From: Sminthopsis crassicaudata
Lineage: Eukaryota
Assembly (NCBI RefSeq): GCF_048593235.1
Contig: NC_133622.1
Coordinates: forward strand, 250,298,055 to 250,362,054
DNA: 64,000 nt
Direction: 5' to 3'
The notes under the pieces are model-generated. The model did not search any database, was not told the DNA's origin, and worked only from the letters and a program-made list of their open reading frames with translations. Below are positions 1 through 10,505 of the stretch, piece by piece. Position 1 is the stretch's first letter; each line of letters opens with the position of its first letter. The position numbers and the translations under genes are program-made.

Positions 1-2060
1 CGAAGCCATCGACCAGCTCCAGGGGCGATTCCACAGACTCGAGCAGCTCGTTCACAGACTAGGAACAGAGGGGCGCCGGGGCCAAGGCAGAGTGAGGGGC
101 GGGGAGGGGCCGGGTCCCACTCCCCAGTCTTGCCCCCGGGACAAGTCACTTCACTGTGCCTCAGTTTACTCATCTGCAAAATGAGCTGGAGAAGGAAGCA
201 GCCAGTCCCAACTGGGTCATGGGGCCCCAGGGAGTCCTGGCCAGGGACAAAGGGCCAGGCCTAAAGCCTGGGGCCTGGGAGGGGCTCAGCAGGACCTAAC
301 CACCAGGGGATTATCACTCCCACTTAACAAAGGGGGAAACTGAGTTACAAAGGTGGGGGAGGAGGGCAGGGCAGGCCCTAAAGCCCCGGGGCTGCCTCCC
401 ACCCCTGCCCGACCACTCCCTTCTCAGATCACTTTGGAGGGCAGAGGGATACAGGGAGGGGGGCAGCACCCAGCCATGGACAACTCTCCCTGGGGTCCTG
501 GCCAAGCCTGTTCTGACCCTCCTTTCCTCCCCTGGTGGGCGGGTCCATGGCTGCCTCCCAAAGACCCCCCAACCCACAAAGTAGAGGCAACTTCTGACCT
601 GGCAAAGCCAGAGTGATGGTCGGGGGGGGCACAGGGAGAGGGTCCTGGGGGGCCAGAGTGAGGGGGGGGCCCAGCCCTTGTTTTCTTGGGCTCTGGGGAA
701 GGGGAGGAGCCGTGGTCCACTAACTTAAGGTCCCAGCCTGCCAATCCCAGGGGAGGGGCGGGCATGGGACCAGCCCAGCTGCTGAGGTCACAGGTCAGAT
801 GCAGAAGTCTCCCCTTCTGAGCAGCAGCTGGGGCTGTCCCTGCCGCTTATCTCCCAGGGAGCCCCATAAATCCGAGGGTCCTCCTTCAGCCCCAGGTCTG
901 GTCAGTTTCTCTGACCTCTTTTCCCAGCCTCCCATGATCCTTCAGGGCGCCCCCTCCGTTCCCATGCCCTGCCAGGGAGCCCCCTGACTCAGCCGCCAGG
1001 CCCAGGGTAGCCCCGAATCAAAGCTTCCTGAGGCGCTGGGCCGGGCGGGGGCAGTGTCCCAAGCCTGTAATTTGTAGTTCTTCCCGGTGCTGGGGTCAGC
1101 TGAGCCATGAATCACCGGTCCGGCTCCTAAGCCCGTCCCTGCCCCCCCCCACTGAGGGGGTCCTGCCCTCCCCCCGCCCCTGCTGGCCAGGCTCTGCTCC
1201 CAGAAGGAGGCCCCTGCCCGGCCGGAAGTGACAACTGTTGCCAAACAGTCCCGGGCATGTTGATCAACAAGAGCTGACGGAGCTGTTGTTGACATGGGAC
1301 ATGGGACTGGACGCGGGGGTGGCCGGCCCGGCGCCCCCTCCCCTGAGCCCTTGGGGGAAGGGGGTGCCCAGAGCCCCATAACCACCAGTCCCTGGGGGTG
1401 GGATTTGAAGGTCCCTTCCCCGCTCCCCCCCAGCCCCAGCCCCCAGCCCCAATTCTGATGGAGGAAAGCTGACGTGGGGGTCTCGCTTCTCCAGCCCCGG
1501 GACCTCTCTCCTTCACCCTTCCTCCTCTGGGCTGGGGCCGCTCCCCTCAGCCACAGACCCCTCTCTCCAGAGTTCTAATGGGGAGGGGGCGTCTGATTTC
1601 AGCTCTGCCCTCCTCCCCAGCCGCGCGTCCCCCTCCTCCTCAGTCCCGGGCCCCTTCCCCGCACCTCTTGGCGGGGGCTGAGCTTTGTCTGCCCGGGGAA
1701 GGCTTCCTCCCCCCGCCGTCCCTCTGCCTCCCGAGCCCGGCCGGGGCAGCCTGGGCCGCGGCTCCGGGACTCCGTCGGGCCTCGTTTTGCCCCATCCGTG
1801 CAATGGGAGCCCCGGCGGGCCCGGGCGCCCGGCGCTCCCCGTCCCCGCTCCAGCCCCTCCGGGTCCCGGCGCCGACCCCGGCCGCTCACCCACACGTCCA
1901 GGTGGATGTCCCGCAGCCCGCCGCTGCCCTGGTACAGGTCCAGGCTGAGCTGCTCCAAGCTTAGCCGCTCCTGCAGGAAGTGGCCCAGATAGTGCTGCAG
2001 CAGGTAGCGGCAGGCGCGTTTCTTCATGCAGCTCGACCACGGCCACAACCAGCGCGACAT
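1..2060 (-). CDS. ATG2A: Autophagy-related 2A, 5' end only (coding exon 1 = 1890-2060; exon 2 partial = 1-58; gene continues beyond the left edge)
   Basis: Exon 1 reads MSRWLWPWSSCMKKRACRYLLQHYLGHFLQERLSLEQLSLDLYQGSGGLRDIHLDVW, the chorein-N start of ATG2A, and ends at a GTGAGC donor. Exon 2 follows an AG acceptor at 60-59 and reads SVNELLESVESPLELVDGF. Synteny with PPP2R5B fits. Confidence 0.97.
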
Positions 2061-2400
2061 GGCCGGGATCCGCCCGCCTGCGCTCGCAGCCGGCCGCGCC
2101 GCTCACTCTAGCCCCCGGCTCGGCCCGCCGCTCAACCCGGCGCCAGGCCACACCCCGCCTCGCTGCCATTGGTCGGCCCGGAGAGCGAGACGCGTTGATT
2201 GGTCGTATGGGCGGGGCGCCGGAAAGAGCCCCAGTTTCTCGCGGAGCGACATAGGTCTCGTAATGACGAACTGCGCCTGCGCGTTGCCCTCGGTCTTAGA
2301 TGTCTTGAACTTTCCGAATTGGGGCAAACAAGGTCGCGTGACGGCTGAGCTCGAGAAATAAGTCCCGAGGCGCAATGCGCATGTGCATGTCCGCCCCACC
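2061..2400 (-). promoter_or_regulatory. ATG2A CpG-island promoter
   Basis: CpG-rich. CCAAT boxes near 2166 and 2197, GC box near 2209, NRF1-like TGCGCCTGCGC (~2273) and TGCGCATGTGCA (~2376), CLEAR-like GTCGCGTGAC at 2333-2342. Confidence 0.75.
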
Positions 2401-2863
2401 TCCCAGCTTCAAGCTCATGAGTTAAAGGGACAGTGTCTACCCTTCTGTAGCTAAATGGGATCGTAGCCCCAGTTTCCTATCCGACGCTCACTTTTTTACA
2501 GATGGGGAAACTGCGGCTCGGGGAGAGGGAAGGAAGGACTTTGTCTCGGTCCCTCGAGTAATAAGAGAGACCTGGGACTTGAGCTTGGCCCCGCACCCTC
2601 CCCCCCGAGGACCCCAAGTTTTGGGGACCAGCCTGGAGCAGAGGACGGGGCAGTGGGAGAGTGAGGGGGAGGGGGGAGGCGGAGCATTGCACCCCAGGCA
2701 AACTGCTTGAGTTGGAGGCTGCGGGGAGGGGGGCCAGGTGTGCCCTGAGATAAGAGTTGGGGGGCGCCCCCCCCCCCGCTGTGGTGGGCTTGGCTGGGCA
2801 GGGTCCCCGGGAGCTTCCAGTGGGAGGGGGGGCTGAGGAAACTGAGGCACCCAGAGAAGGGAC

Positions 2864-2997
2864 GGGGGCGGGTCCCAGAGGCGATGGGGGGGGGGCGGGG
2901 CGGGTCCCAGAGGCGCAATGGGGGAGGGGGCGGGGCGGGTCCCAGGGGCGCTATGGGGGAGGGGGCGGGGCGGGTCCCAGAGGCGCGATGGGGGAGG
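2864..2997. repeat. ~35-bp G-rich tandem repeat, 4 copies
   Basis: GGGGCGGGGCGGGTCCCAGAGGCGCRATGGGGGA-like unit; the TCCCAG anchor recurs at 2873, 2905, 2940 and 2975. Confidence 0.9.
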
Positions 2998-3294
2998 CCC
3001 CGGGTTCTGGGCTTGGAATCATAAAGGACAGATTGGACCTTAATTCCCAAACAAGAGCCGAGCTGGGCGGAGAAGGGAGCAGGCATTTACATATGAGTGC
3101 TTTCCCCGGGATCCTCTCAGTTTTAAGTTCCTCATCAGGATGGGTCTGGGCCGGGCCCCCCACCTAAATGCCCCGGGCACAGCTGGGAGGAGTCCCTAAT
3201 CTCATCCCCCTAATGCAGACGGGGAAACTGAGGCCTCAGGCGCCCAGTAGGGGCGCCAGGGTCCACCACCAGGCCGGGCTTCCATCACTAGGTG

Positions 3295-3300
3295 TTTATT
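3295..3300 (-). terminator. Poly(A) signal AATAAA of the SLC22 gene
   Basis: TTTATT on the + strand, about 430 nt downstream of the stop codon. Confidence 0.65.
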
Positions 3301-3727
3301 GGGAGAAACAACAGTGGGCCTGGGGGGACCCTGGAGCCTCGGAGGGAGGCTCAGGGCCCCCCCTCCCCCTCCCGCCTCCGCCTGTGTGGCCAGTGGGGCA
3401 GGGATCGGCCGCCCCGAGGGTCCCCCGGGCGGAACGTGGGCTGTGCATGTGGGAACCTGTTCCTCTGTCGCGGGCCTTGGAACTAGGGCAGAGTGAGGGG
3501 GTGAAGGAAGCAGGAAACGGTGCCGGGAGGCCGGAGGCGCTGCTCTGACTCAGGCTGGACCCCAGCTGGGAAAACTCCCGGGCCGGGAACCCAGCTAGGG
3601 AGCGAGGAAGCGGCCGGTCGGAGCCGGGCTGAGGGGGAGGCAGCACCGGACCTCGGGTGTCCCCCTTCTGCCGTGCCGGAGCCTCCATCCTCCCCTGCGC
3701 TGTGCTGGGGCCGTCTCCGCCCAGGGA

Positions 3728-6700
3728 CTAGAGCTTGGTCTGGAGGGGCCGGGCCCCTCGCCGGGGCTTCCTCAGCAATCTGCTCCAGCATCTCCGGACC
3801 CTGGGGATGGGAGGGAAGTTGCCCCTTTTGGGGCTCGGTCCCCCCACTTTGCCCTGGAGGCCCGGCCAGGAGAGGTTGAAGGGGGGGTGACTATACCCCA
3901 GGCCTGGGAAGGGCCCAAGGGAAGGAGGGGCTGGGGTCACCTACTGGCTCTGGGCTTGTTCCAAGGTGTCGGGCAAGGGCGCGCCCCTCGTCTCCGGCAG
4001 GAAGAGGACCAGGCAGCTGGCGGCCAGAACGGTGGTCCCGAAGAGCACGGGCGGCAGGAGGGGGAGCGTGGGGCCTGCCAGCAGGATCAGGGGGGCCATC
4101 ACCCCTCCCATGTGGCCCACCATGTTGGTGATGCCCATGCCAGTCATCCTGCAAAGCAGCAGGAAGGGCCTGAAAGTCCGAGATTTGGAGCACAAAGACC
4201 CTCTCTTGGGGAGAAAGGGCCTCGTCGGGGTCGCAGAGCTCGGAGCCCCAAAGCCAGGACCCCACAGAGCTCGCTGCTCAGCGGGGCGCTCCGGCCCGTT
4301 CTGGCCTGGCCAGCCTTCGGAGGATCTCGGGCTGGGGGGGAGGAGGGCAGGAGACTCACCGGAGGGAAGTCGGGAAGACTTCGGAGGCCAGGAGGACGAT
4401 GGAGCTGAGGGAGGCTGACATGAACCCCTTGGACAGCACCACCAGCCCCATGTGGAGGCGGCCCAGCTCTGCGGGCACAAGGGGTGGAGGCCTCCGTCAG
4501 CGGGGCCGAGGGATGGGGAGCGGGGGAGGGATGGGGAGTGAGGGAGGGATGGGGAGCCGGGGGAGGGATGGGGAGCGGGGGGAGGGATGGGGAGCCGGCG
4601 GAGGGATGGGGAGTGAGGGAGGGATGGGGAGCCGGGGGAGGGATGGGGAGCGGGGGGAGGGATGGGGAGCCGGCGGAGGGATGGGGAGCCGGGGGAGGGA
4701 TGGGGAGCGGGGGGGGGGGGGGGGAGGGATGGGGAGCCGGGGGAGGGATGGGGAGCCGGGGGAGGGATGGGGAGCGGGGGGAGGGATGGGGAGCCGGCGG
4801 AGGGATGGGGAGCCGGGGGAGGGATGGGGAGCAGGGGAGGGATGGGGAAGGTGAGCCGGCATGGGCCAAGCAAGGTCAGAGCTGGGAGAGCCTGGGCCCT
4901 GTGAGCCAGGAGCAGCCCTCCATGTGGGAGCATTAAGGAGCTTCTGGGCTGAGGAAGAGGCTGAGGGCCTCAGGTGGCCTGAGGAAGCTCTTGTCCCTTC
5001 TAAATGGGACCAGTGGCCCAGCTTCCCCCGGCCTTTCTCCTCCCGGGCCTGAGGATCCTCCCCAAAGCTCTTCCCACCAAATCTGCCCCGTGTCCCTGTC
5101 TCAGCTCCTGATCCCGTCAGAGGGGAAGGCGGGGTTGAGGGTCAGCCCTTCCATTGCCCCCCATCTCTGCAGAGGTCTGGCCCACCCATACCCACCGGCT
5201 GGCACTGGGATGGCCCCCAGAACGAGCCCCCCTCCGAGTAACAGGCAGGAGGCCAGGGTGAGCTTGCGTCCCAGGTAGTTGGCCAGGTTGGGCAACAGGA
5301 GGCGAAAGGGGAGATCTATGACCCCCAGGACGACCTGAACCAGGTACGGATCTTCGCCCGGGAAACGCTGGAGATCCAGGGCCAGAGAAAAGAAGGCCAG
5401 GCTAGCAGAGAACCTGGGCGGGAAAGCGGGGATTAGCCCGAAGGGCCCCTTGCCACCCCTCCCATGGCTCCTGCCTGCCCTGCCAGGGCATCTCCCCAGG
5501 AGGCGGGAGGCGGCCCGGCACCAATCTGGGACGTGGTCGTCACTGCTCAGACCTCACCTTCCTCGGCGACCGCGCGAGCCAGACCAGGAGGGCTCCGGGG
5601 TCCCCCGGGCTCGGACATTCCCAGGTCCCCCCGCTGACGTTCTGTGTTCTACATTCCAAGGTCTCTCCCACCTGGGATGTTCCATGTTTTACTTTTCAAG
5701 GTCCCTTCTACCTCTGAGGTTCTCTGTTCTAAAGTCCCTTCCAGGTCTGCTGTTCTGTGTTCTACGTTCCAGGCCCCTCCTTTCTGATGTTCTAGGGTCT
5801 CTCCTAGCTTGGATGTTCTTTGGTCCCCTCTGTGTCCTGTGTTCCAAGGCCCCTCCCACCTTTAATATTTCATGCTCTACCTTCCTCCCACCAGTGCTAG
5901 TCCATGTTTTCTGCTCCAAGGCCCTTCCCCCCTCTGAGCTCTGTTCTAAAGCCCCTCCACGTCCGCCGCGCTGTGGTCTCCGTTCCAGGGTCACTTCTCT
6001 CTGGGTTTTACGCTCACGGGTCTCCCCTCGCTCTGACCTTCAGCGCCCCAAGGCTCCTTCCACTCCCCCGTTCTGTGACCCACAAAGAGCAAGGCTGGGA
6101 AAGCAGACCGGCCTCTTACAAAAAGATCAGCCCCGAGGCCCCTTTAAGAAGCAAGTTCCCTAAAACAGCCCACAGCCGCTCAATCACTGGGAGCCTGGCA
6201 CCAGGCCCCCCTTTCGAAGGCTCGCTCCCAGAGAAGCCGTGTCCCCGGGCCACGGGCCTGCGAGGCTTTGCTCCCCAGCTCCAGGCCTCCACAACCCGCC
6301 CCAAAGTGGGGATCCCCCCTCCCCTTGCTCCACAGGACTGGCTAAAAGTCTGCGGAGTTCCAGGCACCGGCCAGGAGACCCAGCCCCCCTCCGGCCTCTG
6401 CGGATGAAGCTGCGGCCCAGAGGAATGACCCTCCCACCCCGGTGATCTTGGGCGGGTCATTGCTCCTCCAGTGCTCCCCATCTGTAGAATGTGCGGTTGG
6501 ACGCAGTGACTGGCTCTAGAACTAAGATGCTGGGAAGGACCTGGCCTCCCCTCCCCCAGCCCTTCCTCCCATCTTTGGCCCCGCGTTTCTGCTTCCCCAC
6601 CTCGCTCACCAAATGCCCATGATACAAGCCAACACGGCCAGCATCTCCCGGGTCCGAAACAGGTCCAGGGTGGAGGCCCCTGGAGCTCCTGCAGCCTCTT

Positions 6701-9700
6701 CCTGAGAGTAGTGGGATTCCAGCATCTGTGGGCAAGAGAAACGCCTCTGGGGGTGGGTGGGGGTTCCCGAGAGGGCATGGGCAGCCCCCTCCCCTCCGCC
6801 CCTCACCTCCAGGGAGAGCTGGCCCCCAGCGACCGGAACCCTGTTGATCCAAGACACCAGCTTCAAGGAGCGCAGGGCCTCTGAAAGGCGCCCCCTCACT
6901 GCCAGCCACCGGACGGACTCTGGGAGCCACCTGCGGAGCGGGAGGTCGGGCAGCGGCCTGCCGAGGCCTTTCCCGCCCCTCCCTGTGGCAGGGCCCCCCG
7001 GGTGCTCACCAGCCACAGAGGAAGCAGAGGGCGAAGGGGGCCCCGGCCGCCAGCTGCAGGTGCCTCCAGTGCCGGAGGCCGAAGGCCAGAAGGGCCAGGT
7101 TGAGCTGCCCCAGGCTGAGCACAAACGAGAGGAGGCCGGACACGGCTGTGCGGTGGGAGGGCGGTGTCCACTCCAGAACTGGGGAGAGACGCCCCGTCTC
7201 ACGGCCCTGGGTGATGGGCTGCCAGCAAGCCTACGGTGGCGGCTGGGGGGCCTGATCGGGGAGTGGGGGGGTGGCAGAGCCGGGAGGATCCTGGTGGCAA
7301 AGTGGGGGGCAGTCTGGCCCCCGGGGGGCATGCGGGTCACCTGCCCTTCCACCTCAGGGAGAGCCCACCCCGCATCTCCCCAGCCTCCCCTTGGGCCAAG
7401 CCGGGGCCCCGGGCCACCTGCCTCTCCCCCCTTTGCCCGCACTCACCCAGTCCCAGTCCGTTGAGCACCACGCCAGACATGCCGGAGCCACAGAAGCAGC
7501 GGCACACACAGTAGATGGAGAAGGAGGGAGCCAGGGCTGCCCCTGTGCTCAGGGAGGCCACCTGAAGAAGGCACCAGAGGAATATGGTCCGGCGGCCCAG
7601 CCTAGGGGGACGGGGGCCGGGGTCAAGGGCAGCCTGGGCTGGCCCAGCCCCAGCAAACCCCAGAGTCGGGGAGACGCCCCCAGGAAAGGTCCCCTCCCGG
7701 ACTGATCTTCGGGGGCCTAGAAAGGGCCTCGGCCGCCCCATCTCGGAGAAGGCCTGGCCCTTGCCGCCGGCTCCTGGGGGCAGCGCCCGTTCCCCGTGGG
7801 GAGCCCCTCCCGATCCACCTTCGGCTCCTGGGTGCCACCAGGCAGGGCTGTCCCGACGCTCACCTGTCCGCCAGCCCCCCGAACACGATGGCCCCCAGGA
7901 ACACCCCCGCCATGTAAACCGACTGGGCCACCCTGGGGAGGCTTTTCAGGCTGCAGACCAGGTCCCACTGTGGGGGGAGAGGGAGCAGAGCAAGAAGGGG
8001 CTCAGGTGTGTGGCGTGTGGTGGGGGGGAGGCGCTGAGCTCTCCGAGGCTTGCCTCGGTTTCCCCCTCTGCATCTCCCAGGCCATTGTGGGGGTCATGGC
8101 TGTGCGAGGGTTTTGGGAGGAGGATAAAGCACGAGTTACTTGCCTGGCAAAGCAGCAGGCATGGGGGTGGGGGGAGGAGGGAGGAAGAGGAGGACCAGGA
8201 GGGCCATCCCCTCCCCCTCTGCATCCAGGTGCCATCCAGTGTCAGAAGCTTGGGGACCAGTCTCCCTTCATCAGCGCTCACCTGGCAGTTTGCCCTCCCT
8301 CCAAGATACTTAGCAGGAAATGCCCTCCCATCAGCCACCCCTTCCTTGGCCCCTTACCGCCCCAGACTGGAAGCTTCAGGAGGGCCGCGACTGCCACCAA
8401 ACTGTGCCCACAGCAGCGTAGGTGCTTAATAAGTGCAGTTCATTGCACATGGATGATCGACAGTGCATTTATTAAGCACTTATTCTGTGCAAACGCACCC
8501 CCAGCTCTTGGCTTTTGCATCATTTGCCCCCCAAGTCTTCGCCCTGCCCTTTCCCTTTACCGTCCGAGTAACTTGTTTTCTTTAGGACTGATCAAGAAAC
8601 AGCTTGCACAGGATCCCCGGCTCCTGGTCCCCGTTCCCCCTTACCTTCACACACACACACCCACACACACACACACACACACACTCACATACACATACAG
8701 ACACACCCTCACNNNNNNNNNNNNNNNNNNNNNNNNNNNNNNNNNNNNNNNNNNNNNNNNNNNNNNNNNNNNNNNNNNNNNNNNNNNNNNNNNNNNNNNN
8801 NNNNNNNNNNNNNNNNNNNNNNNNNNNNNNNNNNNNNNNNNNNNNNNNNNNNNNNNATATATACACACTTACACACACCCACCCACATACAGACACACAC
8901 TCTCACACACACACACATACAGACACACTCACACACACTCACAAACTTACACACACGTATATACACACTCACACCCCCCCACATACAGACTCACACTCTC
9001 ACACGCACACTCACTCACACACACATACAGACACACTCACACACACTCACAAACTTACACACACGTATATACACACTTACACCCCCCCCACATACAGACT
9101 CACACTCTCACACGCACACTCACACACACACATACAGACACACTCACAAACTTACACACACGTATATACACACTTACACCCCCCCACATACAGACACACA
9201 CTCACTCACACACATACATACAGACACTCACACAGACACAGACACTCACACACACACATACAGACACACTCACAAACTTACACACACGTATATAAACACT
9301 TACACCCCCCCACATACAGACTCACACTCTCACACGCACACTCACACACACACATACAGACACACTCACACACACTCACAAACTTACACACACGTATATA
9401 CACACTTACACCCCCCACATACAGACTCACACTCTCACACGCACACTCACTCACACTCACTCCATCAGAGTTTAGCACCAGCTTCTTGACAAGAGGAAGT
9501 GCTCCATTTTTGTCTTTTTGCATCCTCAGTAGGTACAGCTCAATGGCTGGTATGCAGTAGAATATAATAAATGCTTGATCAATTTCTACCTTGTGACATC
9601 ACTTAGTTTTCTGTAAAATGATGGGTTTGTGGGTTTGTGGGGCTTGCCTGCCCCCCCGGCCCCCACTCTCTCACATTCCTCCTCATCCACGCCTCTCATG

Positions 9701-10384
9701 AGCAGCTTCGCACAGTGCCTGGCACATAGTAGGCTCTTTGCATCTTTCCCCCTCTTTTTTCACACTGAAGTCCCGTCCGTCCCTCGTGGCCCCCCTCCCC
9801 CTCCCAGAAGGGACTTCTCCCTTGTTAAACTCCCACAGTACATTGGTTTTTTTTTAACCAAGTTATTTCCCCAGATGTTTCTCATTCTCTTCAAGGATGG
9901 GAGCTCCAGGAGAACCTTCCCGTGACCTTTAAAGCCCCCACAGGGAGCCCCGAGTTCCCGCCTGTCTCAGATCCTAGGCCAGTCAGCCCCAGTGATCTCA
10001 TCTGGAAGGGAGACAGGAGAGCAGCCCCTCCCCTCGGGGGGCTCAGGGCGGTCTGGGTACCTCAGTAACAATGGTGGTCTGGACGGTGGTGAGGTTGTAG
10101 ACCCAGCCCTCGGAACAAGCCTCCGTCTCATTGGTAGCGTTGGCTCGGGGCCGGAGGCACCTGTCCCCCAGGGCGGCCGCGCTTCTGCAGCGATGGTCAG
10201 GGGTGGAGGCCGTGAAGTTCTGGAGAAAACCGTGGGTGCCCACGAAGGCAAAAGGCACAAACAAGGTGGCCAGGTGGACCATCTGGAAGCGACCCCATCC
10301 CCCCACCTGCTCCAGCAGGCTCCCCAGCCCCTTGGTCTTCCTCCCGGTCCCCCCTTCCTCTCCCAGGGCCCCGCTCCTGCCCAT
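3728..10384 (-). CDS. Intact SLC22-family (organic anion transporter clade-like) MFS transporter, 10 exons, 531 aa; orthology unassigned
   Basis: Exons 10061-10384, 7864-7967, 7447-7601, 7010-7178, 6807-6930, 6610-6725, 5196-5413, 4360-4468, 3945-4148, 3728-3800. Sizes 324/104/155/169/124/116/218/109/204/73 sum to 1596 nt, all GT-AG with consistent phases and no internal stop; internal sizes match the SLC22 OAT pattern. Motifs: [17 protein letters not shown]|[38 protein letters not shown]; C-terminal QTKL. ATG at 10384 in good Kozak context (gcagcATGG). Confidence 0.93.
4509..4850. repeat. ~19-bp G-rich minisatellite in SLC22 intron 7
   Basis: GGGGAGGGATGGGGAGCC-type unit, roughly 17-18 copies with recurring variants; G-quadruplex-prone on the + strand. 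Confidence 0.93.
5640..6070. repeat. Degenerate tandem array of MIR-tail-like units in SLC22 intron 6
   Basis: Recurrent TGTTCT...AAGGTCCCTTCC/AAGGCCCCTCC motifs resembling the MIR 3' tail; a similar patch lies at ~17260-17410. Confidence 0.55.
8649..9450. repeat. (CA)n-derived compound micro/minisatellite containing a 144-N gap (8713-8856), SLC22 intron 1
   Basis: CA runs with recurring higher-order blocks such as ACAAACTTACACACACGTATATACAC and CATACAGAC. Confidence 0.95.
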
Positions 10385-10505
10385 GCTGCTCCAGCCCACA
10401 AGCCGAGCTCCTTGGAACTGACCACACTGTAACTTAGGGAGAGCAAGGTCCAGTTCATTCAACCGAGAGACACTGGGTTCCCGAAAGCCAGCTTGGGATG
10501 CTGAA

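Noticed and set aside
1255-1296. Possible miRNA hairpin in ATG2A intron 1
   Set aside because: The stem is only about 11 interrupted base pairs, far short of a pre-miRNA.
3770-3855. Alternative upstream acceptor (CCTCCAG|GGCAAAG) for SLC22 exon 10
   Set aside because: It has a weaker pyrimidine tract and yields a tail without a PDZ motif; the 3800 acceptor gives a typical SLC22 basic tail ending TKL. Not excluded as a minor isoform.
3941-4936. 330/241/150-aa ORFs with PPPAPHPS repeats
   Set aside because: Translations of the 19-bp minisatellite; only the spliced exon 8 and 9 portions are real coding sequence.
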